Part shown: positions 15,437 through 29,972 of the stretch, in pieces | Numbering within the stretch: position 1 is the first letter of the stretch | How the letters are laid out: every line of letters begins with the position of its first letter | NCBI GenBank assembly: GCA_012295275.1 | Contig: CM022673.1 | Coordinates: 7,440,001 to 7,504,000, forward strand | Direction: 5' to 3' | DNA from: Chrysomallon squamiferum | Taxonomy: Eukaryota; Animalia; Mollusca | Length of the DNA stretch: 64,000 bases | Notes under the pieces: model-generated | Seen by the model: the letters and a program-made list of their open reading frames with translations, nothing else | Database searches by the model: none | What the model was told of the DNA's origin: nothing | Made by a program: the position numbers and the translations under genes

Positions 15437-16313
15437 ACATAACATTTTTCTTTACATTTTTTTATTTGTTTAATTTTCATGTTTGTACATTTGATAAATG
15501 GTAAAATCATTTAAAAGTTAAATTTAAAAAAAAAGGTCCATTTTCTGTTCCATTACAGCAGTCATGTAACGGACACTTTACAGTGAGAGATGACTATATT
15601 TATGTACGTATTCATTTACCAATCATTTAACACGTAGACACAATAAAGCCGGATAAATTACCAAATGAATTTAATACCAGTAAATAAGTCAACAGTTTTT
15701 TTGTCGTAACACAAACATTAAAACAAACACATACACTCATACCGACGATGATGACGACAACAACAACAACGAGTAAGAGGTGAAGAAGACAGCACAGGTA
15801 ATAATACTGTAATATGAACAAAAAAATATAATCCTATTATGAGGAGTGGACTGTACAACATACGGTATTGAGAAAATGAAAATTCCCTTATTTACTGCCA
15901 ATGCTTTTACAGCTTCAGATTTCGATTCCCACCATCAACACGAAGCTGGAAGCAAAAACTAGCTAATGGCTGTTGTTAGTTAATATTAATATTTATACAG
16001 AAGATTAGCTATCGCAAACAAAGCGATCATTTGGATCGTGTAACTGCTGCATGATTATGTGAAAACATACTGAAATACCAGTCATTCGTTTTATTTTTAT
16101 TATAGGCCATTGCAAGACAATATATTTCGAAATTATTTATTTTTATTACAGTACAAATATTTATTAATGGGAGTGAATGTAGATATCGTTATATTAAATA
16201 ATATGCGTGTGTTTGTATGGATGGATGGACGTGTGGATGGATAGCTAGGTAGATAGGTAGGTAAGTAGGTAGTAGGATAGTATGTTGATAAGTGATAGAC
16301 TGATAGACAGAGG

Positions 16314-16315
<2 letters not shown>

Positions 16316-16399
<84 letters not shown>

Positions 16400-16402
16400 G
16401 AC

Positions 16403-16485
<83 letters not shown>

Positions 16486-16550
16486 ATAGATAGATAGATA
16501 GACAAACAGATAGACAGACAGACAGATAGGTTAGGTAGGTAGGTAGGAAC
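16316..16550. repeat. Compound (GA)n-(GATA)n-(GACA)n microsatellite
   Basis: Direct reading. Confidence 0.95.
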
Positions 16551-19400
16551 GGTAGGTTAGATAGATAGGGAAGACAGACATATAGATAAATCTTTAGGTA
16601 GGTCCTTTGATAAAAGGACGGGATGGAACGTGAAAACGTTTGTAGATAGGAAGATAGGTCGATAAAATTTTGAACTGAGATAAAAATGATGGAGATTTTG
16701 GATGGAACGTGAAAACGTTTCAGAAGTGGTTAATCAGAGACAGTACTATGTGTCAGTGACAGAAATAAGTTTAAGAAATTGAACTGAGATAAAGAATAAA
16801 GATTTTGAAGTTGGAAAGGAAGGAAAAGACTATAAGCCATTTTTAGGACAAATGAATATAGTCGACGTTTTAAACTTGTAAACAGAACTGGTTAATCAAA
16901 AACTGAAAATTATTATTGTGTTTAGTTGACTATAATTATTAAAAAAAAAGAATCTTTTAACTGGTTTTTGTGGGTTTTTGTTTGCTTGTTTGGGGGTTTT
17001 TGGGGGTTAAATATTTGGTTTCTTTGTTTCTTTTTTTGTTTTTATTTTGTTATTTTTGTCTATTTTGTTTGTCTTGTTTGTTTTATTCGTTCATTCCTTT
17101 GTTGTTCGTTCGACTGTTTGATTGGGTCGATTGATCATTTAGTGACTGATTTACTGATGATTGACTGACTGACTGACTGACTGACTGACTGACTGATCGA
17201 TCGATTGATTCATTGATTATTTATTAATTGTTTTTTTAATTATTATTTATCTATTGTTTATTTTTCTGTTTGTATCTTTATATCTTTATTATGTATTTTG
17301 TCGGTATTCATTTTGTCGGTGTTCATTTATTGTAATTGTTTATATATTGGTTTGTTTATTCAAGTAGAATAATGTTGTTTTTTTTTTTTTTGTTGGGTTT
17401 TTTTCTTTGGTTTTTTTTTAGAAATATCTTGTACCATTACTTCTTTGTGTCTAGCATACCCCTCTCATCACCCTCCAAAAAGAAAAATGGAATAAACAAA
17501 AAGACATAAAAAAAATCTTCTTTTTCTTAGTCCCAATTTTTTTTTTTTTTTTTTTTTTAAATTCCTAATTACAGGCATTAGCAAGTTAATTTTGTCAGCT
17601 GTTAAGGAATCGAAAATGCCATACTTTTCGAAAAAGAATCACGTAACCGAAAACTACTACAACTTGTAGATAAAATGCACTGGTAGGAAATTATGCGAAA
17701 CTGTAATCCCCCAGACCGGTATTAGATTTCGTGTAGTAACGGCAGTATTCGTGGGGTTTTTGCTGTTTGTCACTTTAATTAGTGTGTCTATTCACACCAT
17801 TAAAATAACACGTATTGTGACACGGGATGCTATCCGCTTCATAGGAACTGCCAACAAAAAAAAAAGAGCACTGAGCCTTTTGTATGAATAAACTTTATTT
17901 GAAATAAAGAAGGTAAATAAAGTCTTTATGTATTCGTACTTAGGCGATAAAATAAGATTGTTTACTCGCTGTTTTTATCTAATAAACTTCTTACATATTT
18001 CATTTGATATACTGAAGCGAGGGGAAAAACTATATTCACACGTACTTGCCTACCGAGGTAAATATAGACATAATAACAAAATGATATGTACAGATATACT
18101 GTTATTTGTTTAAATATATTTTATTGTGATACAAAACATATGTATGTGTATGAGTGTGTATGTATGCATGTATCTATTTATGTATGTATGTATGTATGTA
18201 GCTATGTTTCAATGTATGCATGTATGTATTTATTTATCTATTTATCTATGTATGTACGTATTTTGTGTATGTGTATGTATATATATATGTATATATATAG
18301 GTATATATATATATATATGCATATGTATATGATTTTATATAGATATACTGAGAGAGACAAAGAGAGAGATATTAAAAACTCAAACATACTTACATAATGA
18401 AGCACACACACACATTCTTCTATTAACTAATGTAAATAGATTTACAAACACACATTTAAACACAGACTCAAGTACAGACAGACAGAGACAGACAGCGAGA
18501 CTGAGAGCTGCCGAGTGACAGGCATAAAGAGAAAAAAAGAGAGAAATCAAAAAAGTAATCTGAAGACGAGAGGCCAACAGATATGAAAAGAGAAAATCTC
18601 CAACTATAATCTTAGCGCTGTTATATATCAATGTCCTACAAGGTGACGGTGTTGAAACGATATACGGGAGAGTCACCTCTGGGTTAAATCACATGCATAA
18701 CCTAATATTTGTTATGAGTGTTAAAACGACGGTCCTCAGCCACACTTCCTCCTCAAAAAGGATTATTCCAAGAGCTTTAATGACCAATATCACTTCTATA
18801 AACCAACCGGACAACGGATAGTATTGTGCTTTAATTGATTAAGCTCTTTTTCAAACCGTTCGGCCCGAGGGGGGCTACCGGCGCGGACTTTGCTGATGTT
18901 GACAAAAAAGGTCATTGATAACGTTGTAAAGCACTCGAGGGCGCTGTATTGACGCTCGCAAACGCGCGTGGACTTGACCCAACCAAGCGACTCTCGCCCT
19001 TAACCCGAGCAAAATCTGATACGAGATGAAAAGCCGGGCACCTTTTTCAACGTCTGGCGTTGTCTCGGTCCATCCCGTCAGCCACGACGACGACGACGAC
19101 GACGACGTCTTCGCTAATCGCCGCAAAGGCGGATTTGGTTAATAATGAAGCGGGTGTGTGAGCGGCGGCTTCACGTAACGTGGTTCAAAGGCGTTTTCTC
19201 CGGCACGTCGTGAAATACAATATTTCCATAATCGCGTCCGTTAGGCGCGTTTTAGTCTCAGAGATGGAGATGAAAGTGTTACAGTGTAAACCTGAGTTCT
19301 TTGTTGATGATCAATGTTATTTATTACACGTACAGATACACATACAACTCACGAAGAAAGAAATATACAGTGCAGTTACATACCTATTTAAGGACAATGT

Positions 19401-19436
<36 letters not shown>

Positions 19437-20793
19437 TTACGTATGTACATATGTTTGTATGTATGTGTATATATATACATATGTATATATATTCTTAATT
19501 GTGTACGTACGTAGTTTGTATGTATGTATGTATGTATGCATTCATATAATATATGTGTGTATCTATCCATATTTAATCCATAATTAAGTGTGTGTGTGTG
19601 TGTGTGTATATAAACTGACACATAGATAACTGTGAGTCTATATATTCATATATATTTCTTTTAATGTTTTTTTTTTTTTTTTTTTTTTTTAAATTCTTTT
19701 ACTCATATAAAGCCTCCGTGTATTATTATTTTTCGTAAAGAGACATAAACAAGTATCAGCGTTTTAAAAAATTATAACGTGTCTGTATACAATGTTTTCA
19801 CTGTTTTATTAAACGCTTAACACAAAGCACGTTCAAATCCCACATTAAAACACACATAACTTATTCATACGTGAAATATAAACGAGTAAACAAAGCGAAA
19901 ATAAATCCGAGTAACAAGAGAAAGAAAAATGATAAATTACAGATCACTGAGTCGTGTAGGGTTTACATTTCTCTTCAGTTAAGAATCTTTTTCTCTCTGC
20001 TGTCGCTGTATTGCGTTTTCATATATCAGATTTGTTTCACTCGAGGCTAACATTTGTTTGTTTAATACTGTTTCAGTACAGTTTTGAAATTTCTGTTTGT
20101 TTGTTTGTTTGTTTATTGCTTTATTTTTATTTTATTTCATTTTTTTATTTTTTATATATTTACTTTTTTAAATTAATTTTTTTTTTTTCTTATGTTGAGG
20201 TTTTGTTGGAATGGTTGTTTGTTGTTTTTTTGTTTTTTTTCAGAGGGTGGGTGCGTGTCTTTTTTAATATTTTTCTTCATCAAAGTTAATTCAGTTGTTA
20301 CTTCTGTTACTGTTAATGGTTTATATAGGTTTTGTGATTTTTTGCTTATTTGTTTTATTAATTTTGTTTGTTCATTTGTTTTAATTTATTTGTTAATATA
20401 TATATATATTTGTTGTTGTTGTTTTCTTGTAAATAATGCGGGGCTTCTTCTTTCATATTTTTTTAAAATGTATTATTGTTTTCTTGCGTTTTGTTGTATT
20501 TATTTTCTTGTTTTTCTAAGCTAAACTAACATATTAATTATTCGTACAAACATTTACTGCAATTACTGAATTATGTTTATTGTGAAATGTAAGAGGTTAT
20601 GTTGTGCATTGTCCTTTATTATTTTTATTTTATTTTTTTATTTTTTTATTTTTTTATTTTTTTAAATAAAAGAGAAGAAAGAAAAAGATGATATGATCCG
20701 GAAGTGGCATTGCTCTTAAAGAAAACTTATGCAATGGGCAAATAATTTTTGTAAATCTTTTATTGTTTTGTGGAGGGTTTACACCTTCATACA

Positions 20794-20868
<75 letters not shown>

Positions 20869-21497
20869 CAACAACACACTATTTCAATACAATTAAAATC
20901 CAATTTAAAAACAAATAATCATCCAACTACATAAATAAATTCACATTTAATTTTTGCGGACAACAAATTTCTGTCGCTATAAAAAAGAAAAAAAGACAGA
21001 GAAAGAGCAAGAAAGGAAATGAGAGGCTGCCTATTAAAATTATATGAAGATTAACCATTAGACTCTTTAAATTCACGCTGAAACTTAAACTGCAAGAAGA
21101 CCTGGTGATGAACTCGCTCATTTTCGACGATGTGTGAGAATAAAGGGAAGCACTGAATTGTAATGGGGACGTTGTGCAGTTTCCAGACAGATTACATTCT
21201 ACAGCAAATACCCGATGTCGTATCTAAATGGCTTGCTCGGTTCAGATGTCTGCGTTATAAATATTTAAAGATTTCATCAAGAGAGACGATACCAGTGTAA
21301 CTGATTTAAACAATTAATATTCAGTCGATCATTGCTGCGATTGTTCTTGTTGCTGGTGTTGTTTTTTTCTGTTGCTGGTATTGTTTTTGTTATTATTGTA
21401 GGTGCTGCTGTTGTTCTTCCTCTTCTTCATTATCTTATTCTTCTTTTTCTTCTTTTTGTTCTTCTTATTATTATTACAATTATTATTGTTGCTGTTA

Positions 21498-21531
<34 letters not shown>

Positions 21532-21565
21532 CGTTGCTGGTGCTGGTGCTGGTGCTGCTATTAAT

Positions 21566-21980
21566 GTTGGTGTACCCTATACTGATTTTAAACGTCTTAT
21601 CAGCCAGCATATCTCTTCCATTTGGTAAAAATGACTGGAACGGTGCGGTTGTGAGCAAGCTTCATTCTTTAATCCAGTCCTGGGAGAGTGGCAGTCCTCT
21701 TACGGACGGTCCAGCAAGAACGAGATTGTCTTGTATCCTTCCCTCGTCGCTCATACACACATTTGACTCACTCGTATTTATATATTAAACAAAGATCTCC
21801 ATCTCAGACTGAGCTTTGTCAGTGTATTTTGACCGCTTATCACATTTTGTGGAATGTGGTCATTTTGCCGTCGAGACAAGGAATGATATTTTTAGTGCAC
21901 TTGATGTGGTGGAATTATTTATATTCCACCCAGATCGTTTCCATCCTTTGCTTGACACCTATTCATTTTATTTCATTTCA
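21566..21980 (+). mobile_element. Decayed 3' fragment of a non-LTR retrotransposon (LINE, I/Nimb-like) ORF2, post-RNase H region with CCHC knuckle remnant
   Basis: Frameshift-broken peptides VGVPYTDFKRLISQHISSIW / DWNGAVVSKLHS / PVLGEWQSSYGRSSKNEIVL / HLTHSY / CQCILTAYHI / VECGHFAVETRNDIF resemble the C-terminus of I-clade LINE ORF2 proteins (recognised from memory, not from a search); flanked by trinucleotide microsatellites. Confidence 0.75.
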
Positions 21981-22035
<55 letters not shown>

Positions 22036-22260
22036 GTTGTTGTTATTATTATACTGCTACTGGCACTATTCTAATATTACCATTCAACCACCACTGCAGC
22101 TATTATTATACTACATATATTACTCCTGCTACTATTACTACCTTCACTACTACTGCAATTACTATTACTACTGCTTTTGTTGTTTTCGTTATTAATTTTA
22201 TTCTTGTTTAAGTTATTAATATTTGTTTAATTTACTACTACCACAACAACAACTACTACA

Positions 22261-22312
<52 letters not shown>

Positions 22313-23375
22313 ATAATAAAAATAATAATAATGTTCTTATTGCTTCTCCAATTTCTTTTCCTATTGCTGTCTTTGCTGCTGAGGCCGCTGTCTTTTACGT
22401 TTCGTTTGCTAGTACTGTTATTATTATTATTATTTCGGGCTAATAGAGTAAATTCAAACTGAACGATGAAGTATGATGTTATTCGCCACGCTCCGAAATA
22501 AATAATAATTAAACAACACAACAACAGCAACTCACAAACAAATCTATCTCATTTCTGCATCTGTTACTCTTTGAAGTGCACTTCAGTAAACGATAAAGCA
22601 ACCAATGCAATACGCATACGCATCGATTAGTAACTTCAACAGATGTCAAGCAACAAAATTCATTTGGACCTTTCCGCCAAGCCTCCTATATTCACAGCGC
22701 TCACTTAAACGATACCAGAAAAGACCGCAAACAAACGTAATTTACTTCATGGACGGTAATAAACGTACCGAAATTGATTCGTTCACAATAAGGAATCGCA
22801 TTTCGTGCGACATATGCGCTATGCGATAGGCAAGCCGAGTGGTCGGCAGTTCTCTTCCCAATAATTCATTTCGTATTTATGACATATAAATTTGCTGGAC
22901 CAAAGAAAGTGATTCAACACATTTTGCTGTGGGAGATACTTAAAGCTCGACATGTGTTGGTAAGTACAGTTAATCTCCTTACAGCCGCGATTGAAAATGG
23001 CAACAGTAATCGTTTGAAATTTGTTTCGTATATGAATACATTAAACGCCGATGCACCCTAGTGCATGTCAGTGTGTCCGCTGAGTAGACTGTAAGCTGAG
23101 AGTGTGTGCACTTGAAACGTTGAGTCTGCGTGAATCGTGGGAAAAGAAAAATAATGTTTCCGTACCTCATCTCATTGTTTAGACTGATTGGACATGTGGT
23201 ATGGTATGTTTAGTATAAAATGTGATTTTTGTACTAGACTTCTGATAGATTTTATGATATATATATATATCACGTATAAGCATATATTACATTAGTTGCT
23301 TTACATAAATCACATGGTGACTACTTATTTGACATTATATGCATACATACATACATACATATATACATACATACA

Positions 23376-23408
<33 letters not shown>

Positions 23409-24430
23409 CAATCCTAAAATCTATCAGAAATACAAAAGTCACCTAATTAGCACGATCGTGCGAACTCACCGAACCACACACACACGCACACGCACATGCA
23501 CATAACATTATAACTACATCAATTCATATATATAAAATGCGCGCTCACGCAGACACACCTACAAACCCATGCACGCGCGCTGATACATTCATACCACAAA
23601 CAATCGGCACATGTTTGGGATTTTTACAAATTAAATTAATGTTTTTATTACACTGATCGTCTGATACTGTGCAAACACTAATTTTTACTGCTGGCGACAA
23701 ATGAATCACGCCACTTAAGGCAACGTTCTCAATTTCGAAAGAGTGCAAAAGTCATTTCAGAATAAATAATTTACGAGGTGCTTAATTATAGAATTATTGT
23801 CTCTTTGTTAACGCGAAGTATCGGGGTGAAATATTGCTTCCATGTGTATTCCTGTGACAGCTTCTAATTTGATTTTGCGTAATGTAAATATTATTTAATT
23901 GCAAGTGACATCCGCTGTGTTAGACAATATGTTTGTAAAAAAGGGTGTTATTGTCAATGGCGTCCACTGTGTGTATCTTTTCTGGTTGTTTTATTTAAAA
24001 CGGGTGAACCTGGATCGGTAGTGTAGGAGATTTTGTAATATTATTATATCAATGTGTGATAAAAAACATCTAATTTGCTGGTCTGTCGAGTAATGGAACA
24101 TCTTACTACTGGACACAAAGTTATCAGATCAGAGTAATTACTTGCCGTTAAATGACGGGTATAAAACATACACACACACACACATACAGATAGACGTACA
24201 ACTCACGGAGAAAGAAATATACAGTACAGTTACATACCTATTTAATGACTCACATAAAGACACACTTATATCTGAAAAACACATACATGCATATATACAT
24301 ACATACATAAGTATATATTATAACATATATAAACACACACACACACACACACACACACAGTTATTACAGTAATGTTAGTCTAAAAATATTAATTCGTGCT
24401 AAACAAAATAAAGGAAAAAATAAATAAATA

Positions 24431-24485
<55 letters not shown>

Positions 24486-24711
24486 AAATCTGCTAAAATT
24501 AATTTACTGACAAATATACCCTCATATTCAGAGAAATAATTTAATGTTATACACTGTCAGATGAATCATTATATTTAGACGTTGTTCAAATGTCCATTAA
24601 ATCATTCTACCCTAAAAATAGCGTCTCAGCGTGTTTGACACTGGATCAGTCTCTGTAAGATTTTTGTAACAGCACTGAATACCCAGTCTTAATAGAAGTT
24701 TGTTCTCGTAA

Positions 24712-24788
<77 letters not shown>

Positions 24789-25200
24789 ATGCTTAATACT
24801 TTTTTAAATATCAGTTTATTATTTACTCTTGATACGTTTGATACACTATTCTTTTTAATGAATTATTTAATTTCTGAGTTCATATTATTCATAGTAAAAA
24901 TATATAAATTATGAATAATAATTCCAAATTGTTGAAGCCAAATATTGCTTGTTATCTTTATACCTCTAAATGTAATATATTTTATTTATCCTATTTATAC
25001 TGTTGAAATAACAATAAAAGCACAGCAATTTAAGCAAGGTGTGTGTTTCTACAGATAATTATTATCAGTATTTCAGTGTTCATTTCTGTGCATTCACTCG
25101 AGTAGTGAAACCGGAACAATCTAGTTTGAACTTCGGTAGAAACATTTAACACGTGATTTGTTTGAGCTTTTCTTCCACTTATTCGTTCAAGTTGTGTGCA

Positions 25201-25381
25201 ATGGAGAACTTTACGAATTTCTACCATGACAACATCGGAAAATTTGCTGTTTTAGGCGTAATAGCGTCTGCCTATGTTTTATGCAAGTTTATGTGGTCTG
25301 TCGGTCAAGGAATTGCCATTCATTTCGTAGGACCGGCACTGGGTCTCACAGCAGACTTAAAAAATGCCGGCGCATGGGCAG
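25201..25381 (+). CDS. HSD17B12: HSD17B12 coding exon 1
   Basis: ATG GAG AAC...TGG GCA G|gtaata; MENFTNFYHDNIGKFAVLG...LKNAGAWA. Confidence 0.9.
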
Positions 25382-28300
25382 GTAATAACAAATAATTACA
25401 CTTGGTAACGAGTCGAATATTTATTTTTGTCGCTAGTTGCAGATAGTAAAAATATATTTTAAAAACTTACGTTATCAGAACTTTAAAAAATATTTAATTA
25501 ATGTAGATAGTGCATACGTTATCACAAAAGACCCATAAAGAGCAGTATAAATTATAATTATTAATCGAAAATTAATTGAGCTTTTAATTATGATTAATAT
25601 TATGAAGTTAATGAAGTTAACAATTATTAATGAGTTAAATATATATTTTTTTAAATGTTTAACTTTTTTAAAATGGAAAACAATAATTTAAGTAATTATC
25701 AATATTGAAAGAATATTGTATCGTATTTCAACTATTTGCAACTCGTAAAATTATATATTGTTTCATTTGTTATTGAAATTTATATTTATTATTCCTGTTG
25801 CTATTTCAGTGATAACTGGCTGCACAGATGGCATAGGAAAAGAATATGCTTTGCAGGTTTGTCACTGTAAACTGGTTGTATTCTGTCACAGAATAATGAA
25901 TGAAGAACAAGAAAATTAATGAAGACCACATAATATTCAGTTAATTACTAAAAGTAAACCGATCTTATTTCTCTCTTGCTCTCTTTCTCTTTCTCTGTCA
26001 CACACAAAGCTGAAGCACTAATTACAAGAAAGATTTAAGAAGTATAATTATATACTACTAGTTATTTTTTAATTCAGATTGCCAAAAAGGGAGTGAATGT
26101 GGTTCTGATCAGTCGTACTCAGAGCAAATTAGATGAACTAGCTCAAGATATAGGTAAGTGTGATGGAACCTCATTAGTGCCTCTATTCCAGAATTGTTTT
26201 TAATCATAATTTTGTTTTTAACCTAGTGAATTATAAAATCTTAACAAAACCAGTATTTTTATATGCAGAATGTCTGCTTCATATTATTTTAAGTATATTA
26301 TTATTTTACAGTAATATTTATTTAGCTATCTTGTATAATCATGCTTACAATTTATATTTTAACAATTCTTAACTGTTCACTTAATTAATGTCAGAAAATG
26401 GGGGTAAATACACAAAAACTAAATAGCCGAGTGTATGCAGACATACATGGGCTGTTTAGAAGCTCTATTATATAATTAGGGGAAGTTTCGTTATTTTATA
26501 AACTAAGAAAGTCTGGGATTAATAAACTCAGAATGGGCATTAAAGTTGCAAAGTAAATTAAGAAAGGCTGTCTGCAGAGAGAGGTGTTTACTGAATGCTA
26601 GCTTAATGGTTATATAAGTAGTTAGCATGTATTTTGAAAGAGATATTTTGACCGGTGCTCTGCTTGAGACACATTGTCTGAGGGCCGTCTGCACAAGACA
26701 AAGGACCACTCAGGCAGTTATAGTTATGCTTTAAATTTTTTTTTTGTGTGTATCATACATGTTGAGTGATTGAAGATAGCTAAATCTATTACTGTTGGAT
26801 TTTATTATGTTATTCTGTTTTACTTGGGCTTAAAAAGTAAAATAACATATGTTAATAATTAAAAGATTAGTTAGAAAGTGAAAGTAACCAACTGGGCTTA
26901 GTTTAGTATTATCTATCAATGCTATTTGCATCGATAGTGTATCAATGAAATCGTACGATTTAACTATGTTACCCTTGAGGGTTAATTTTATGTAAAATGT
27001 ACATGTATATATATAAAACAATTATCCATACTGAATTCTTGTTTGTGCTGTTGTTCTCTAATGGATACAGAATAGTCATTTAGTAGTTTAAGCTGTCTCA
27101 GATAATTAATACCACTCAGAATAGTCGCCATGACAGTAAGTCATAGTGAAAATCTGATTAAAGAAATTAAATGATGTCTACCATGAGAAACAAAAGTATT
27201 GTACATTTCAAGACAGGTTTATGTGGCAATTGCATATTACACATGTACTGCTATATATGGAGTACATGGATGTATTATTTGTCTGACATTGCTTCATGTA
27301 TATTATCCATGCATAATTTAGATTAGCAAAATTCTGTTTCAAATTATATGAAAATATGTACAAAAGGTTTTAAAATAATTAATTATTAAATGTTCAGAAA
27401 AAAAACCCAATGAGATTTGAAATAAATCAGAAAACTGCAGTGAGAGAAACTTTATTCTTTTTCTTTATTAATATTTAAACTAAATTACAAATGTTTTATG
27501 TTATTTTAGATTCTTATCCATGACTCTGTATTGGTTTCAATTTACAACTGTCTGTTCAGAAACTACAGTACATAACATCTTTGTTTTGATAAAAAAAACG
27601 AAATCTAAAAATATTTTTTAATTATTGTTGTTATTATTTACTTTTTACTTTTTTTTACTTTAAAAAAAAAAAAAAATGTTTTTCAGAATCAAAATACAAG
27701 GTTAAAACAAAGACCATAGCTATAGATTTCACAGACTGCAGTAAAATCTATGACAAAATCAGAGAAGAGATCAAAGATCTCGAAATAGGAACACTTGGTA
27801 AGTCACATATCATCTTTTTTTTTTTTTTTTTTTTATTTAAATGTTTATAGTATTCAAAATACATACCATCCCAGTTTGTTACTGGAATATTGAAATTAAA
27901 GTATGAAAAAATGCCTCAAAAATTGGATTGGCAGTTAATTAAAAAAAGTGGAAGATAAGAATGTAATAATTTAAAAATCACAAAATTGATTTTGATTTTG
28001 ATTTATTAATACAATTACAACATTTTACAATATCTGAAAGTATTTACTGACACTAATGCCATTTCAAAAGAGTGAAAATGTTTGTTCAAAGCATTAAAGT
28101 TCATTAGATAATGAAGCAGGCAAATATATTTTCAGTGAACAATGTTGGCATGAGTTACCCATATCCAGAATATTTTGCTAATTTACCTGATAAGGATCAG
28201 GTAAATATCTTTTATTTTAGCTTTTATTTTAAAATATTTTTTTTTTTCTTCTTCTTCTTCTTCTTATTATTATTATTACTGTTAATAATAAATTTTATTT

Positions 28301-29924
28301 TATCACGATTATTATTACTCATTTTACTTTCATTTTACTTTTTAAGTGTGAAATTATTTCTTAGAAAAAAATTTAATTTGTATTATGAAGATATTTTCAT
28401 TTGCTTATTGATCAAGAGATACATTGACCCATGTAATGCTACAAAAATACATATATACAAAGCCAAAATTTAAAAAATATGTATCGCTACATTTAGTTAA
28501 TATTTCAAATTAACAATTCAGTATTGTCTTTGTATTAGGGTAAATTCTGTTCATTTTTGATAAATTCTGATAAATTTTATTTTTAGCTACTGCAGAACAT
28601 TATTCATGTTAATATGTCATCAGTTACCATGGTAAGTTATCTTCACTTTGCTGATTTATTGATGATTTCCAATAATGACAATAGTTCATTAAAAAATTGA
28701 TATACATATAGTTATGAAAATGGACTGGTGCGTGTTTGTGTATAGTATTGTTTTAATCATGTATTTTTTGATATATCACTTCACTTGGCATCCATTATCA
28801 GTTACATAAAATTAAAGAAAATGCTGAACTTTAAAACTGAAAGGTATTCAGTATATTCATTTTTATGTTTATTCTGTAGAAATTATCTTTAAATTTAACT
28901 GAATTCATTATTTTGTTACTAAGACAAATGCTAAATATGTAAATCAAAATCTTGTTGCATGTATATGTTGAATATTACACATTCAAACTTCATTAGATTA
29001 GCAGGATTCTATCATTTGTTGGACGTTGGTACAACAAATCGTTTAGTGAGAATACAGCTTTATGCACACATCACACTCACTGTCTGAGTGGTTGTTGTAT
29101 CTCAGTACAGTTTAACATCAACTGTTATTATGTGTCCAAAACACCATTTTTGTAAATGATGAGGAAAAGGTAGTATACTGATCCTAAGAAAATAGTGCCA
29201 AATTTATATTACTCTTTCCTAAGGTTGCCAGTGTAGGTGTCTGTTCTTTTTTTTTTAATTATTATTCTTATTCAGTTATTTCATCTTTTGATTGAGTTTT
29301 TGAACACAGAGAATTAAATAAACAAATATTTAATAATAATTATAATAATAATAACAATTACAATAATAATTCTTTATTTTCTGTTTTCGTAAGATGACCA
29401 GCATTGTCTTGCCAGACATGTTGGAGCGAAGACGAGGCTACATTATAAACATAGCATCAGCAGCAGCTGAGCAGCCTGCCCCTCTCCTCACCGTGTATTC
29501 AGCTACTAAGGTGTGTTTCCAACAAAACACTAATGTCAAGTAACTCAATACAAAGTGTTTTACGTTTTCTCGTTTTGTTACGAGCTTGTATTTTTATTTA
29601 TTACTTATTTATTTTTATTATTGTTTCCTTCTTTCTTTTTAATTATTTATACATTTGTTGTTTTTTTTTTTTTTTTTTTTTTTTTGATAATTAATAGATG
29701 TAATGAATTAAAAAGTTGAAATAGGGCCTTCATTACTTAAAAAACAAATTAATTAAACAAATAAAAAAATTTAAAAATAATAATTTAATCCAAGTATCAT
29801 GTGATAACTGTATTCCTAAATGATAGTGAAATTGAATATAATTTTTTTTTTTTTTTTTTTTGCAAGCAATATTTTTTTAAAATTAATGTCAGGATTGTCT
29901 CCCTTCGTTTTGTGTGCATGTGTA

Positions 29925-29972
<48 letters not shown>

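Noticed and set aside
18875-19126. 83-aa ORF in CpG-rich island
   Set aside because: Non-ATG start, no recognisable domain and no supporting exon structure.
29156-29181. Box C (ATGATGA) and CTGA suggesting a C/D snoRNA
   Set aside because: Spacing too short and no terminal D box at a suitable distance.
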